DNA of 64,000 nucleotides from Bugula neritina (GCA_964035545.1 OZ037770.1:3814662-3878661); one strand, 5' to 3'; counted from the first letter of the stretch, positions 1 to 13,236 are shown. Made by a program: numbers and translations. Notes: generated from the letters alone by a model not told the origin.

Positions 1-2
1 CT

Positions 3-2561
3 CGTAATATACCATATTCAACCCGACAGGCTACTAGGGCTGAGCTTGATCGATTAGTTTCAGAAGGCGTTCTCGAGCAAATAAATTTTAGTGACTGGGC
101 AGCACCTATTGTGGTAGTTTCAAAGCCGTCAGGAAAAGTTCGAGTTTGTGGTGATTTTAAGCAGCTAAACCAGCGTATATCAATAGATCAGCACCCATTA
201 CCAAAACTTGATGACTTGATGGAAAAACTGCGAGGTGGTGTTTACTTTTCAAAACTGGACCTGGCTGATGCATACCTTCAGTTAGAGCTAGATGACGAAG
301 CCAAGAAATTGTGTGTGATTAATACGCCATTTGGTTTATATAGATACAATCGAATGTGTTTTGGCATCGCATCAAGTCCTGCACAATTTCAGCGATGCAT
401 GGACTCTCTCACCGTAGAGCTTCCTGGTGTAGCTGCATACCTTGATGACCTCATCATCACTGGTAGCACAGTAGATGAACATTGGGCAAACCTTAACAGG
501 CTGCTGGCAAAGTTACAAGAGCATGGTTTTCGCTTAAGATTGGACAAATGCGAATTTTTTAAAACTTCAGTGGAGTACCTGGGCCATGTCATTGACAAAG
601 AAGGCAAGAGGCCCTCAGAGTCATCCATCGCTGCACTAAAACAACTGCCTATACCTCAAGACATTCAACAATTGAAAGCTTTTCTTGGAAAAATCACCTA
701 CTATGGCCGATTTATATCAAATCTGGCTGACAAAGCAGCTCCCTTGTACAATCTCCTCAAAGATGGAGTTCCTTTCGCATGGACAAATGGTTGCCAACAA
801 GCATTTACAGAGCTTAAGGAAGACGTCATTAATGCTACTAATCTGTCACACTACGACGAGTCACAAACCCTTGTGCTTGCAACTGATGCTTCCTCTTATG
901 GCGTTGGTGCAGTTCTCTCACAACAAGATGCTGACGGTAATGAAATTCCTATTGCCTACAGCTCCAAAACTCTGACAGAGACCCAAAAGAAGTATTCTCA
1001 GATTGAACGAGAGGCACTTTCAATAATTTACGGTCTAACAAAATTTTGTCAATACCTTTATGGCCGAAAATTTATCTTAATAACAGACCATGAGCCTCTT
1101 GTGAGTATTTTCTCACCGCAGAAAAATATCCCTTCTACAACAGCTCAACGACTCCAGCGTTGGGCATTAACACTAAAGGCTTTCCAGTATGACATTGCCT
1201 ACAAAAAGACTTCTAAGCATGGTAATGCGGATGCCCTTTCACGGCTACCGCTAGGTATTGATGAGCAATTTGATGCTGCAGAGCATCAAGAAGATATGGA
1301 AGTATCACACACAATACGGGAAGAAATTCATGCATTTCCATTAGATTCAATGCAGATAAAAAGAGCAACCCAGAATGATGATACTCTTCAGAAAGTTGTC
1401 ACATGGATTCATGAGGGCTGGCCTAACAACAAACCTGCTGAGCCAGAGTTACAACTACTCTGGGCACAAAGGGAGTCTCTTGTCCTTCATGATAATATCG
1501 TACTCCTACAAAGAGACACAAACTCAAGAGTGGTAGTACCAAAAGCCCTGCAAACTAAAGTTCTAGAAACCCTGCACTCATCTCACTGGGGTGTAGTTAA
1601 AGTTAAACAGCTGGCTAGGCGCTATGTATGGTGGAGCTCTTTGAATGCAGACATTGAAAAACTCACAAAAGCTTGCGACGTTTGTAAACAACTCTCGGCT
1701 GCACCAACACAGTGCTTTACTGAATGGCCTAAAACTGAACACCCATGGGAACGTATTCATCTTGATTTTGCTGGGCCATTCAAAGACAAAATGTGGCTCA
1801 TATGCATTGATGCCCACTCCAAGTTTCCGTACATGGGGAAAATGGAAATTGGACAAACATCTGCCAAGCAGACTATTCAAGTCCTTAAAGACATTTTCAG
1901 CCTGGAGGGACTTCCTAACACTGTGGTCACTGATAATGGCCCACAATTCACCTCAAGTGATTTTGAGGCATTTTGTAAACAGCATGGCATCAGCCATATC
2001 ACATCTCCACCACATCATCCGCCATCAAATGGTGAGGCTGAACGTTTCGTACAGACTTTCAAAAAATCAGTTGAAAAGAATTGTGTGGGAGGAGTGCCTC
2101 TCACAGACAGTGTTAGACTAACACTTGCTACATACAGATCTCTGCCACACCCTGCTCTAGAATGGAAAACACCAGCTGAAGTCTTACATGGCCGTCAACC
2201 ACGCTGCCTGCTGTCTCTAATTAACCCCTCCAACAATCACAATTACCAAACAAAAAGTAACAACAACACATCATCCCAGTTTGCAGTCAATTCACTCATA
2301 TATGCCCGTAATTACTCATCTGGACCAAAGTGGGTGCCCGGTAAAATAATTCGTAGAGTTGGCAACACAATATTCTTAGTAGACACTGATAGAGGAATCT
2401 GGAAGAGACATTGTAACCAACTGCAAATTCGACTTGCAACTGAAAATATGCCAAATGATGAGAGCATAGCTGCTGAGCCAGCATCTGAGCATAGCCAGTA
2501 TCCCACCACTAGACGATATCCACAACGCATAAGAAAAGCTCCTGAAAGATATCAGCCATGA
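3..2561 (+). CDS. pol: Ty3/Gypsy LTR retrotransposon Pol (RT-RNase H-integrase), 5'-truncated by the window edge, frame intact
   Basis: Frame open from position 3 (RNIPYSTRQ...WAAPIVVV) through the 816-aa ORF. Motifs: RT RVCGDFK, FSKLDL, YLDD; RNase H ATDASSYG, YSQIEREAL; integrase HHCC (HSSHWG...CDVC) and D-D-E core (HLDFAGP, VTDNGPQF, SNGEAERFV). Order RT-RH-INT. Confidence 0.95.
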   Translation, partial: RNIPYSTRQATRAELDRLVSEGVLEQINFSDWAAPIVVVSKPSGKVRVCGDFKQLNQRISIDQHPLPKLDDLMEKLRGGVYFSKLDLADAYLQLELDDEAKKLCVINTPFGLYRYNRMCFGIASSPAQFQRCMDSLTVELPGVAAYLDDLIITGSTVDEHWANLNRLLAKLQEHGFRLRLDKCEFFKTSVEYLGHVIDKEGKRPSESSIAALKQLPIPQDIQQLKAFLGKITYYGRFISNLADKAAPLYNLLKDGVPFAWTNGCQQAFTELKEDVINATNLSHYDESQTLVLATDASSYGVGAVLSQQDADGNEIPIAYSSKTLTETQKKYSQIEREALSIIYGLTKFCQYLYGRKFILITDHEPLVSIFSPQKNIPSTTAQRLQRWALTLKAFQYDIAYKKTSKHGNADALSRLPLGIDEQFDAAEHQEDMEVSHTIREEIHAFPLDSMQIKRATQNDDTLQKVVTWIHEGWPNNKPAEPELQLLWAQRESLVLHDNIVLLQRDTNSRVVVPKALQTKVLETLHSSHWGVVKVKQLARRYVWWSSLNADIEKLTKACDVCKQLSAAPTQCFTEWPKTEHPWERIHLDFAGPFKDKMWLICIDAHSKFPYMGKMEIGQTSAKQTIQVLKDIFSLEGLPNTVVTDNGPQFTSSDFEAFCKQHGISHITSPPHHPPSNGEAERFVQTFKKSVEKNCVGGVPLTDSVRLTLATYRSLPHPALEWKTPAEVLHGRQPRCLLSLINPSNNHNYQTKSNNNTSSQFAVNSLIYARNYSSGPKWVPGKIIRRVGNTIFLVDTDRGIWKRHCNQLQIRLATENMPNDESIAAEPASEHSQYPTTRRYPQRIRKAPERYQP

Positions 2562-2576
2562 ATTGTGTGGGAGGAG

Positions 2577-2835
2577 TGATGCATACTTATAGATAGTCTT
2601 ACAATGGCATATCCTGACTAGCAGCTTAGTACCACAGGATAGTTAAGGGCATCCTCACTAAGAATATCATAAATTTCTCTCAAAATGTAGTTCGGGTTCT
2701 TGAATAATATTGCTCTGCGGGTGGCATGCGTGTTGCCTACTTGTAATTGTTTAGCCTAAGATTAAACTACAACCAATAAGCAGCAACCTTCGTTAGGGCT
2801 GCGTTATCTATCAACATTCCATTATTGGTGCTACA
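2577..2835 (+). mobile_element. 3' LTR of the Gypsy element
   Basis: Purine tract GGGAGGAG ending at 2576 immediately followed by TGATG. The CA end is at either 2813 (ATCA) or 2835 (TACA); the 5' LTR is outside the window, so the end cannot be confirmed. Confidence 0.6.
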
Positions 2836-3623
2836 TAAACAAAGTACAAAGCAAGCTATTCATTATAGCCTGCCAGCTAGCTAGCCTGTAATTATTATGT
2901 AGGCGCCAATATCTTCTCATCCCTACGTGCTCAGTGAAGCGTGAAGCGCTGCGCGCTGCTAGTTTCTTATGAGAAAATATGGCATTTTCAGTGTATAAAT
3001 CACCAATTTATGAGCAATCTAGCAGAGTTATTGAAAAAAGAAAAAAACTTACACTGGAGAAATATCTCAGGATTCCAGCAGTGCAATTTTTATTCAGATA
3101 TCATGCTTTGCTGCTGAGATATTTTACTGGTACTGAAAAGTCAGCTTTTCAGGCAAAATTGGCCAAAATTCGGTAGTTTTTTGTCTATAACTTCGCAAAA
3201 AAAATGAAAATTGAAATTTCCAAAAAACTTACACTGGAGAAAAAGAAGATCTACAACATAGTTTTTAAATTTTGACTCTAGCACAATTAGGTGAGATTTT
3301 ATTTTACTGGTACTGAATTCTTATATGATTACAATGCAAACCTCAGCAAGGCAGTTGCAGCTAAAAGGTTGCCTTTAACTATCCTGTGGTGCTGTAAAAT
3401 ATTTGTTTACCATTATATACACTCATATTCTTATTTGTGGTTTGTCATTCATCCTTATGTAAACTGTTATTTTATTATTATTACCACATGAATAGTTGTC
3501 ATTGCATTTACTTATTCCTGTTTTACTTGTTAGCCAGTTGCCTGCTAGTGCTTTATTGATACAGACATACACTACACAGCTACTTCAATTTCATATTACC
3601 ACAGCGAATCACAAAACATAACA

Positions 3624-4108
3624 TGTTGTGGGGGGTTTTACTAATTTTGAGTATTGTAAACTCACCGAATAATATATATAATATGGCCTTGGGGTGAGCT
3701 CGCGGTCGGTGTGCAGTTGCGGGTTTATAGCTTGGCTGCGAGGTAACTCCAGCTCCTGTCCGTCTGGTAAGGGTGAAGTTGAGACTCCGGGTTAGAGTAG
3801 TTGGCTGGTGGTGCTCCTCGGTCTATGGTCCTGAGCTAGCACTCACAAACGTACTCTAACACATTCTAATTAGGTAGCATACATTCTATATAACTATTCA
3901 CAATCGTTCTTCAATCTGTCTCAAGTCTCCCCATTCTCCCATTTGCACTAGGTTATATAGCTATCACACGCACACAAGCCACACCCACGCTATAAGTAAT
4001 ATTAATGTCAAACTTAGAGTTGTGCACCCCACACACATGCAACAACAAGAGATGACAACTACACATATTTATAATACTTATAAATCCAGATATAACATTC
4101 TCCGTCAC
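3624..4108 (-). mobile_element. possible solo LTR
   Basis: GC-richer block bounded by TGT...ACA with a TATA-like CTATATAA on the minus strand. No clean TSD seen. Confidence 0.3.
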
Positions 4109-4268
4109 AATAAAAATTTACAGTTCCACCTGTAAATACTTAACTAGGGGCATTGCGATTTAAGGATAAATATTGCAGTAACAAGGTCGAACTATTAGAT
4201 ATGTAACTACTGTAAATATAACTATTTTCATTGTGTGGATTAGATCTTGAATATAATAGGTTTTTTGT

Positions 4269-4736
4269 TATACTCAAGTATTGTATACTCTCAGGCTATG
4301 TAGAGATATACTCAAGTATTGTATACTCTCAGGCTATGTAGAGATATACTCAAGTATTGTATACTCTCAGGCTATGTAAAGATATACTCAAGTATTGTAT
4401 ACTCTCAGGCTATGTAAAGATATACTCAAGTATTGTATACTCTCAGGCTATGTAAAGTTATACTCAAGTATTGTATACTCTCAGGCTATGTAAAGATATA
4501 CTCAAGTATTGTATACTCTCAGGCTATGTAAAGATATACTCAAGTATTGTATACTCTCAGGCTATGTAAAGATATACTCAAGTATTGTATACTCTCAGGC
4601 TATGTAAAGATATACTCAAGTATTGTATACTCTCAGGCTATGTAAAGATATACTAAAGTATTGTATACTCTCAGGCTATGTAAAGATATACTCAAGTATT
4701 GTATACTCTCAGGCTATGTAAAGATATACTCAAGTG
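4269..4736 (+). repeat. 38-bp minisatellite, about 12.3 copies, overlapping the TMTC3 splice acceptor
   Basis: Unit TATACTCAAGTATTGTATACTCTCAGGCTATGTAAAGA; CTCTCAG ends at 4294+38n up to 4712 (12 copies). Confidence 0.97.
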
Positions 4737-7700
4737 CTGTGCGATGGCTAGCCTCAGCTCCTCACTCTTATTTGCCGTTCACCCGGTGCATGTTGAAGCT
4801 GTGACTGGCGTTGTGGGTCGGGCAGAATTACTTTCTGCCTCACTGGCTTTATTAGTCATGCTGGTATGCGACAAGTCAATTCACAGCAAAGGAATTGCCA
4901 GTAAGTGTTTTGCCATTAGAGTTATCTTTCCTATTTTATTCTAATACAGTGCTCCCTCCATATCTCACTAAGCTGCGGGTCCTGAAACCTCAATTGTGAC
5001 ATAGTAGAATACCAGATTCAATTCATGGACCTGTTAAAGTCGGCCTTTTTGTCTCTATACACATATACATAAGCCACTAAACAGGGTTCAAGTCCTCGTG
5101 AATTGTGGAGATCCGTGAGATGGAGCCGTGAGATATGGAGGGAGCACTGTATTGTCATGCTGACACATGTCAATGAGGTCATCACTAATGTTTTAGAGAC
5201 TAGGATCAGTCTAATTGATTTAATGATTTATTTAATTCTCTATTCAATGTAGTCTTTAGCTACATGAGTTTACTATTACAGCATGAGTCAGCTTTGTGTT
5301 CAGTTGAAATGGAGTTTTGTATTCTAAAACAAACAACAAAAATATTTCATGGGATAACAAATTTTTAAAGTACAAAATTTGTTATCCATGAAATATTTTT
5401 GGAGTTGTTTTCTATTTTACCAACTTATCATTTTGTCTATCTACCAATATATTTTGTGTTTATTTTCTACTTTGTGAATGGCAGATAAACAGTCTACTAG
5501 TAATCACTCTCCTGTATCTTCACTACTCTGCTACCTGTTAACTCTAATCCTTTCAGGTATATTTGGTTACCTGTGTACTGTACTGTTGCTGTTGGCTGCC
5601 ACTCTGTGTAAGGAACAAGGCATCACCATCTCTGCCGTCTGCCTGCTTTACGATCTATTTATAGTACAACAGGTAAGGAGTACCTGCACCTTGGTGTCAC
5701 TCAATGCTTGAGTTACAGCAGGGCTGTCCAACAGGCGGCCCCAGGGTCGGATGTGGCCCCCCAGCCTACATAGCTATGTGTGGCCCTCAAAAGCATCACA
5801 AATAAAGTTATATTTGAATGTGAGTTATGGGAAAACCGCACTTTGAATGTCCCATTTTTATATAAATTAAAAACATGCAGCCTGCACTAGTGATAAACAC
5901 TTTATTGTGTAATGATTTACAGGAATTTGGAATAAATTTATTAGAAAATTACTGATACTTTGGCTCCCCCAGCTCAAGCTATATTTACAATGTGGCCCTC
6001 ACTACCAGAGTATTCCCTTTCAGTGACTCTGAAAAGGTTAGACAACCCTTAATTACAGTTTAGTGATAAGTGATGACCTGTTTAGTAGTAACAAGTAGTT
6101 AATCAAAGTAGTCCAGGCTGCATCACCTAAACTTGTATCTATGGAAATGGTAGTGGATTCTAACCTACACTGTGGTTGCTATGGAAACTCATTATATACT
6201 ATAATTAGATCAACCAAGTATTCGAAAACATGCTGCTGTCAATTTTACATAATGCACATTTATACAGTTGATTTTGCCTTCCCATAACATAAAATGTACT
6301 TTTCTGGTTCACATAGTTTCTTTACTCAGTAAATCTTAGCCTTCTATCACAAAGTGCCGTCTTACAAATGACCTTCAAATTAAAATGTCCTTTAAATAGA
6401 ATATGTTAATAAAACGTTAATAAAACTTAGACCAGAGCATTAGTAATGTTGATGTTGATGAACACAGATATGGCATTGTGATGTCATATTAACTTGTATT
6501 GCAGATGGTATTGAAAGATGTGTTGGATTTAGCAAAGAAAGTGTTGACTTTGAAGCTGTCTTCCTTTTCCTCGTCACACACGCAGCTGATATACAGAACT
6601 GTGTTCATGGTTACTTCAGTCATTCTGATTTTGATACTCCGAGTTGGTGTCATGGGGGTACAACTACCTGTATTTACCACGTGAGTTATGAAATCGTCTA
6701 TAAACAGCTCCGAGTTGGAGGTGACTGAGTGCAGTTTCTCAATTTTAGAGTTTGGGGTTCTAACCCCCCCTCAACTCCAAAGTACTACACTCAGTTACCC
6801 AGTAAGCAGAGCTGCTTATAAAACCATCCGTGAGATATAATGTTGGGTTAACAAATATTGTTTCATGTAAGTAAAATTTAATTCCCAATTCTTATAAATT
6901 TAGCATTAAGTTTGCACTGTTGATGAATTCTTTTTTTTTAACAAAGTGTAATATTTGATATGTTTTGCGCCCTCAGCTACGTTTGAAATTTTTGCAAAGT
7001 GACTTTATATTGTTTAGTCTGAGTATCTGTTGCTCCAGTCTTCTTATTTCTCGGGTGACGGTTTAGCAAACCTCATTTTTTAGATGTTTTGAGGATAATA
7101 ATTTTTCAACCACTTTGCGCTACTTATTGATTTCCAAATCAATACTTGATGCAAAAATTGGTCTGAAATTCGGTTATTTTGTGTTGAAGCCTCAGTTCTA
7201 ACCTTATTTTACAGAGTTTGGTAGATCTCAGACTTGCTTTATTATTAGTAATACAAAGCTTTAAATGCTATACTTTCCTCATAATATTCTCCCTTCTGTT
7301 TATTTTGTAGATTTGATAACCCAGCTAGTAATGAGACAATTCCGTACAGACAACTGACTTACAACTATCTAGTAGCTGTTAACATGTGCTTGTTGGTATG
7401 CCCCGCCTACCTCTGCTGTGATTGGTCAATGGGTACTGTGCCTGTCATACAGTCCCTTCTAGACTATAGGAATGTGTGTACAGTTGCAGCATATATAGCA
7501 GTCTTCAGACTAGTCAAATATTCCATTCAGTTCAGATCTACCTTCTCAGACAGGATGTTTATGGTGAATAGCTCCTTATAGCTGAAAATATTTAACTTTT
7601 TGAAACTATTATGACATCTTGGTGAAGTTGTCTTTCCTTAGCTTACATTGTTTCATCAGTATAGCTAATGATTAAACCATTGTCTATTGCCTTGTATATT

Positions 7701-10700
7701 GTAGTCATTAGTGCTGATAGTATTTCCATTTCTACCTGCCAGCAACCTGTTCTTCCCTGTCGGCTTTGTTATAGCCGAGAGAGTGCTTTATATACCTAGC
7801 TTAGGATACTGTCTTCTGATTGGCTCGGTATTCACCTACCTGTATAACCAACACGGGTAAATATGTTTTTGCGTGCATGTGCGTATATAATTACGATTTT
7901 GAAATTCTAATCTCCATATTTAAAAACAAATAATTTGCATATTTTTAACCTTCCTTTTGATTAGAAAGGAAATATATAAACTATTATTATAAATATTATT
8001 ATAAATTATTATTATAAACTGTTGTACTATATCATAGTTGTTATGGTATTATATTATATAACTACTTCTCTTGTAGACAGTCTATATACAGGTATATCCT
8101 AGCAGGGAGTTATCTTCTCCTCATTATCTCTGGTGCCATGAGAACTGTGTCCAGGAATAAAGACTGGGAGAATGATTACTCATTATTCAACTCTGCCTTG
8201 AGGTTAGTTACATTCTATTATAATATTCATTAGTACAAATTCTATTACATTTATATATTATATAATTGCATTGTTATATATTAGAAATAATTAATTATTT
8301 AATTAAAACAATTTATCATAATATTATTTTATTATAATTTAGTTTACCGTTATATTGTGACTTATTGTTGCAGCTGTAAACAGTAAACACCAGTAGCTGA
8401 TAATGTAAACAAACTACAAAGTCAATAGGTAGCTGTGAAGTCATGATAAACTATAGTAGTAATATAGAGTAATATTGTATAGTAGTTGACAGGAAATGAT
8501 GTAATAATGTAAGATGAGTCATCATGTTTAACAGAGTTGAAAAGCTAGATTCAACTTGTCCACTTAGGAATAGTTGAATTCAGAAATATTTTGTCTATTC
8601 TGAGTTGTAGTATTAACAAGGTCTAAGATTGTTATATTATATTGTATATACTGTAATGTTATAATATATTATTATATTATATATGATAGTATTTTATAGA
8701 AAACTTCTAGCAAAATGTTTAGCACTTCTCAGCTATCTTTTAACCTAAACTCCAAGGTTCTACGTATCTCACTGTTATATAAGCAACAGAATAAATGTGC
8801 TGCTCATTGTTACTGACAGCTTGTGATATTCATTCTACTCAAAGCTAAATTTAGCTGCTACTCATTTAGTACACCTGCACCTGTAACATGGCTGTCAACA
8901 TGTTTTCATGACAAATCTTCTCATTCGATACGTTTAAATTTTAGATTTACTGAGCAGAATGCTAAAGCGTGGAACAATGTCGGGCACTCTCTTGAATCGG
9001 AGGGAAAGTTTGAAGAAGCCTTGCACTATTTCTACAGCGCTGTTAGGTAGTTATCTTCTCTTACTTGTATCTGAGATGTTATTATAAAATAAGAGACATT
9101 GGATAGCTAGTCTTACAACCATTACAACAGAGTACAGCCGGATGATATTGGGTCACACATCAATGTAGGCAGAACACTGAAGGAACTTGGAGACAACTCT
9201 GGTGCTGAAGTTGCCCTTCGTTCAGCCTTGGAGCTTCTCCCGCCCGTGAAGAAAGGTGAGTCATTTAAGGATCGTATCAAATATATTTGATTGTTATTGA
9301 AATTTTAGTTAGGTGACACGTTTAACATGTATATTATTGTGATGTGTATTTTCTAGGAAAGTCTTACACTGCTAGAGTTGCCCCCTCACATCTCAAAGTG
9401 TTTCTCACACTCGGAAATCTCATCTCCCAGAATGCTTCTCGTTACTCAGAGGCTGAAATGCTCTATAAGAGAGCTATTAGCATGAGACCGCAGTTTATTG
9501 ACGTAGGTTCAGTATACATAAGCATCTATAAGCATCTATAAGCACGGAACTGTAAGCATATGAATATTTTTCTATGTAAAGGGAACCAGTTTCTGCTGTT
9601 AGTCTATCTCGATTATCTCAAAGTTGCTTACTTTGGCGAGTTTCACTAACAAACAAGATTTTCCTGCAAGAAGTTTCTTTTCAAATGTCATAGCAGAGTA
9701 TAAGTTTTGAAATACAGTGCACCCTCCATATCTCACGGATTCTCATAGGGAAGGAGAAGAGCTTGGACCGCCATTTTGTGGCCTATGTGTGTAGGGACAA
9801 AATGGCTGAATTAAACAGATTCGCTAGTTGAATCTAGTATTCTATTATATTGGAAATTGAGGTTTTGGGACCTGCAGCTCAGTGAGATATGGAGGGAGCA
9901 CTGTATTAGTGATGGCCATAAATTCTTCTAATTAAATGTGCTGCTTTTTGTACCATTCTGTTGAATTAAAACACTTCCGGTGTTTCATTCAGGCATATCT
10001 GAACTATGGTGAGTTGTTGATAAAAATGGGACGTAGGAAAGAAGCCTCAACCCTCTACAATAGGGCCTTAGTCTATGATAAGAGAAATGCTGACTTGTAC
10101 TACAACCTAGGAGTTGTCTTCTTAGAGCTCAAGGATGCTAAGCAGGCTATGAGTCACTTTGATTTGGCTCTCTCTATCCACTCCAAGCATCAGGTATGTT
10201 AAAGCAGCGTAACAGCGGCAGCGTAGGCAGGTAGAAAAATGAATTCACCAACTGATATGAGTTCTTTAATTTGATTTGTCTTTTATCAAAGTTTAGAGAA
10301 GCATTTGACTTGTAAGTTTGTTGTATTCTGTGGAATCAGTTTATAGGATTTTACTGGTGAGAGTTAGAGGGTTTTCTTGTTACTGGTTGCTTCACTTGAC
10401 AAATTTATAAGCTATTTTCTATTTAGCAATTTTATTTAATTAATATTTCTTATGCCCTCACCTGGGAATTGTCATCTCGTGGTAACATCTTTTTAAGTCA
10501 AACTAATATAAAGTAGAAAGTATCTATATATAGTAACATGTTACAGTTGGCTCTCTACAACTCAGCTCTACTCATCCAAGAGTCGGCCCAACAAGAACTT
10601 TACGAGGAGGGGCTAAGACGTCTCGATCTCCTCATTGAACTCGACCCTAAGGAACCCCGCAACTATTTCTCCGCCGCTCTGTTGGCCACCGACAGCCAGC

Positions 10701-12637
10701 AGTTTGCTTTGGCTGAAAGATATTTTATTCAGTGTTTAGAGGTGAGAGATTTCCCTCTAGTCTAGTCAAACGTCTTTCAGATATTTTGATTTTTACCAAC
10801 AAATTTTATTCCGAAATAAAGGCGAAGGTTTCAAAAAAAATTTGCGTGAATAAAAGCCAGAATTTCTTCAACTGTTCTTCAGTTTTTCATTCTAAAGCTG
10901 ATTTCAATTCCTTATAACTTGTGTTGTCCTCTTCCTCTAATGTTTTCTACTTTCTCTTCAAAATTGTGTCAGGTAAATGGAAATTGTCTCTTCGTTGACT
11001 CTAATGCTATTTCACAGGCTGATCCTAGTTTCAAGGGAGCGCTATTTAACTTAGCCTTACTTCTAACAAACAGTTTACAGCGGCCCTCTGACGCCATCCC
11101 CTACCTGAATAGAAATATCCAACTGTATCCTGATCATGTTAAGAGTTACCTTCTCCTGGGAGATATCGCCATAAATCATGAGAAAGACCTCCAACTGGCT
11201 GAACAGGTGACTTTCTGATGTATATTTAGTATTTCAAGTCTCCCTTCTCACTTTTAGAGTTCAAATCAAAATTGAAAATAAACTGGTGTAAAAAGCATGG
11301 CTTAGTTTTATTTATTTCTTTGTATTATTAATTTGTGTTAAACGTTAAAACAAAGCGAACTTGGTAATGTTGATAATTTGATAGCAATTAGAAAGTTGAA
11401 CTGAATGGTTCTATAAGCAGCTCCAAGTTGGGGGTCACAGAGTGCAATAGTTCCTGTGTTTGGAGTTAGCAGTTTCAATAAAGCAATAAACCCCAACTCT
11501 AAAGAGAACTGCTGCACTCAGTGACCCTCAACTCAGAGCTGCTTATAGAACCATTCAGTTGAACTAGTTTACTTTGTATACATGATATTATATACTGCTT
11601 CCTTTAGTGTGTTGCATTTCATGTACCACTAAGTATTTAGAAATATTTACTAATGAATATGCCACATCTAATCTCTTTCTGTCTTCATTTTCTAGTAACT
11701 GCCAGACTTTGTAACTCCATTTCACTTTTGCAAAGTCCTTGAAATCTCTTGTCATACTACCATTTAAAACAAAAATAATTTGATTCAAAAAATTGATGTC
11801 AATTTAAATTAAAAATTTGATTTCAGGTTGAATTAAAACCTTGATTTTGATTTAAATTAGAATTTTCACATATAAGCATTGAGCAATAAGCTACACCAGA
11901 TGTAGAAACTGGTATGCCTCAGTGTAAAGAGACTGTTATAGATAGAAACTGGGTCCCTTGTTATACTCAGGTTACCTCTAAACTTGTCAGCTCTGAGCAG
12001 TGGACCAACTATTCAATTTAGACATTTCCTAATATTCAAAGTGATGGAAGTTTTGTAAAATATTCTTTAGTGTAGTAAAATTATTGGTGTTTTGCATGGG
12101 CCTTCCTCAAGTAAACACTGATGTCACCAGTTTATGCTGTGATGTCACCAGTTTAGGCTGTGTTTTCTCCGATTTCTGTAGTATTTATATAATTAACTTA
12201 TGCATTACTTTCACTATAGAATAGAATAATCAAATAATGTAGTCATGTCAACAGTTTGCACAGTTGACGTTAGTTTATATTATTATGGTGTTACTAGTTT
12301 ATGTTGTGATGTCACTAGTTTATGTTGTGATGTCACTAGTCTATGTGGTTATGTCACTAGTGTATGTGGTGATGTCACTAGTTTACGTTGTGATGTCACT
12401 AGTGTATATATAATGAATTCACTTGTGTTGCAGTGTTTCTCCAAAGTAAAGAGTCTAGAACCCAGTAACATTCAGGGCCAACACAACCTCTGTGTAGTCT
12501 ATGTGGAGAAGGGAGAGCTGGACCTAGCCGAATCCTGTCTTGCTGCCATCATGGCTGCCGCCCCCACTGAGCATTACGTTCAGCAGCACCTTGCCATTGT
12601 CAGACAGCGTCTGGCAGATAAACTAAGACCTACCTAG
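4713..12637 (+). CDS. TMTC3: Protein O-mannosyltransferase TMTC3 (TM + TPR), 13 coding exons here, 5' exons upstream of the window
   Basis: Phase-consistent GT-AG exons: 4713-4900, 5557-5672, 6505-6680, 7311-7563, 7705-7856, 8077-8202, 8945-9046, 9131-9255, 9357-9502, 9993-10193, 10547-10741, 11018-11206, 12434-12637. TMTC motifs [73 protein letters not shown]3-type TPR tail ARVAPSHL...YPDHVK...[14 protein letters not shown]...QHLAIVR. Confidence 0.93.
4947..5149. mobile_element. Tc1/mariner-type MITE
   Basis: 22-bp TIR CAGTGCTCCCTCCATATCTCAC with TA on both sides; related copy at 9715-9903. Confidence 0.85.
5719..6050. mobile_element. hAT-like MITE
   Basis: Ends CAGGGCTGTCCAAC...GTTAGACAACCCTT; near-perfect 8-bp TSD AGTTACAG/AATTACAG; internal GGCCC motifs. 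Confidence 0.6.
9715..9903. mobile_element. Tc1/mariner-type MITE, same family as 4947-5149, opposite orientation
   Basis: TIR CAGTGC(A/T)CCCTCCATATCTCAC, TA TSD, interior is the reverse complement of the first copy. Confidence 0.85.
11399..11560. repeat. fold-back (palindromic) MITE-like element; degenerate relative at about 6697-6826
   Basis: AACTGAATGGTTCTATAAGCAGCTC...GAGCTGCTTATAGAACCATTCAGTT, a long imperfect hairpin. Confidence 0.75.
12286..12407 (+). repeat. 21-bp minisatellite (about 5.5 copies; two more copies near 12118-12160)
   Basis: Unit GTGATGTCACTAGTTTATGTT in the last TMTC3 intron. Confidence 0.85.
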
Positions 12638-13236
12638 TCATTTATTTGCAGTCTATAAAGTAGTTATCTGGAATGTTATTATATTACCCTGTAAATCTAC
12701 ACTCACTTATCAGGAGAATTAATCATGAATCTCATTAATTTTAGAATTTATTTTTGTACAAACCTATTCTACACTGTTTGCTAGTGCTGAGCTGGTATCG
12801 TGGATGTCTTAGCATTATCAGTACTGTTTCTTTAGCTTGGAGCTTTTGATGTTTTCAAATGTGTTCACTAAATACCAGAAGAACTCCTGTGTATTTTGAG
12901 GCTAAGTTACGTAGTGCTGAAAACAGCAATTACCTAAAATGTCAAGGACTTGTAATAGGCCCAAAGCGAAAGTTGTTACCAAATACTGTTACTGCTGCAG
13001 CCCTACTATCTGCTTCACTGATTGCACAGCTCTAGAGACATTACGTTACGGATTAGCTTAGCTTACTTCTATATTATGTATACTTCATAACTGTTGAGAA
13101 TTAAACTAATGGTCTTAGAACTAGTTTTTGGTACATCTTAGTTTATTATTGAATTTCTACTTCACTATTATTTTGCTAAGCAAGGTATTATTCTAACTAC
13201 TTGAATTGTGATCTGTACATTCCTACTCTGTGATGA

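Noticed and set aside
2836-2963. Helitron-like 3' end (GC-rich patch then CTAGT); similar at about 32440-32461
   Set aside because: Too little evidence: no clear hairpin, 5' end or second copy could be established.
4269-4736. 38-bp repeats resembling a CRISPR array
   Set aside because: Head-to-tail with no unique spacers, in a eukaryotic intron, and no cas genes.
12245-12433. Repetitive N-terminal part of the 130-aa ORF (DVTSLC repeats)
   Set aside because: Intronic 21-bp minisatellite; the true exon begins after TTGCAG at 12434.
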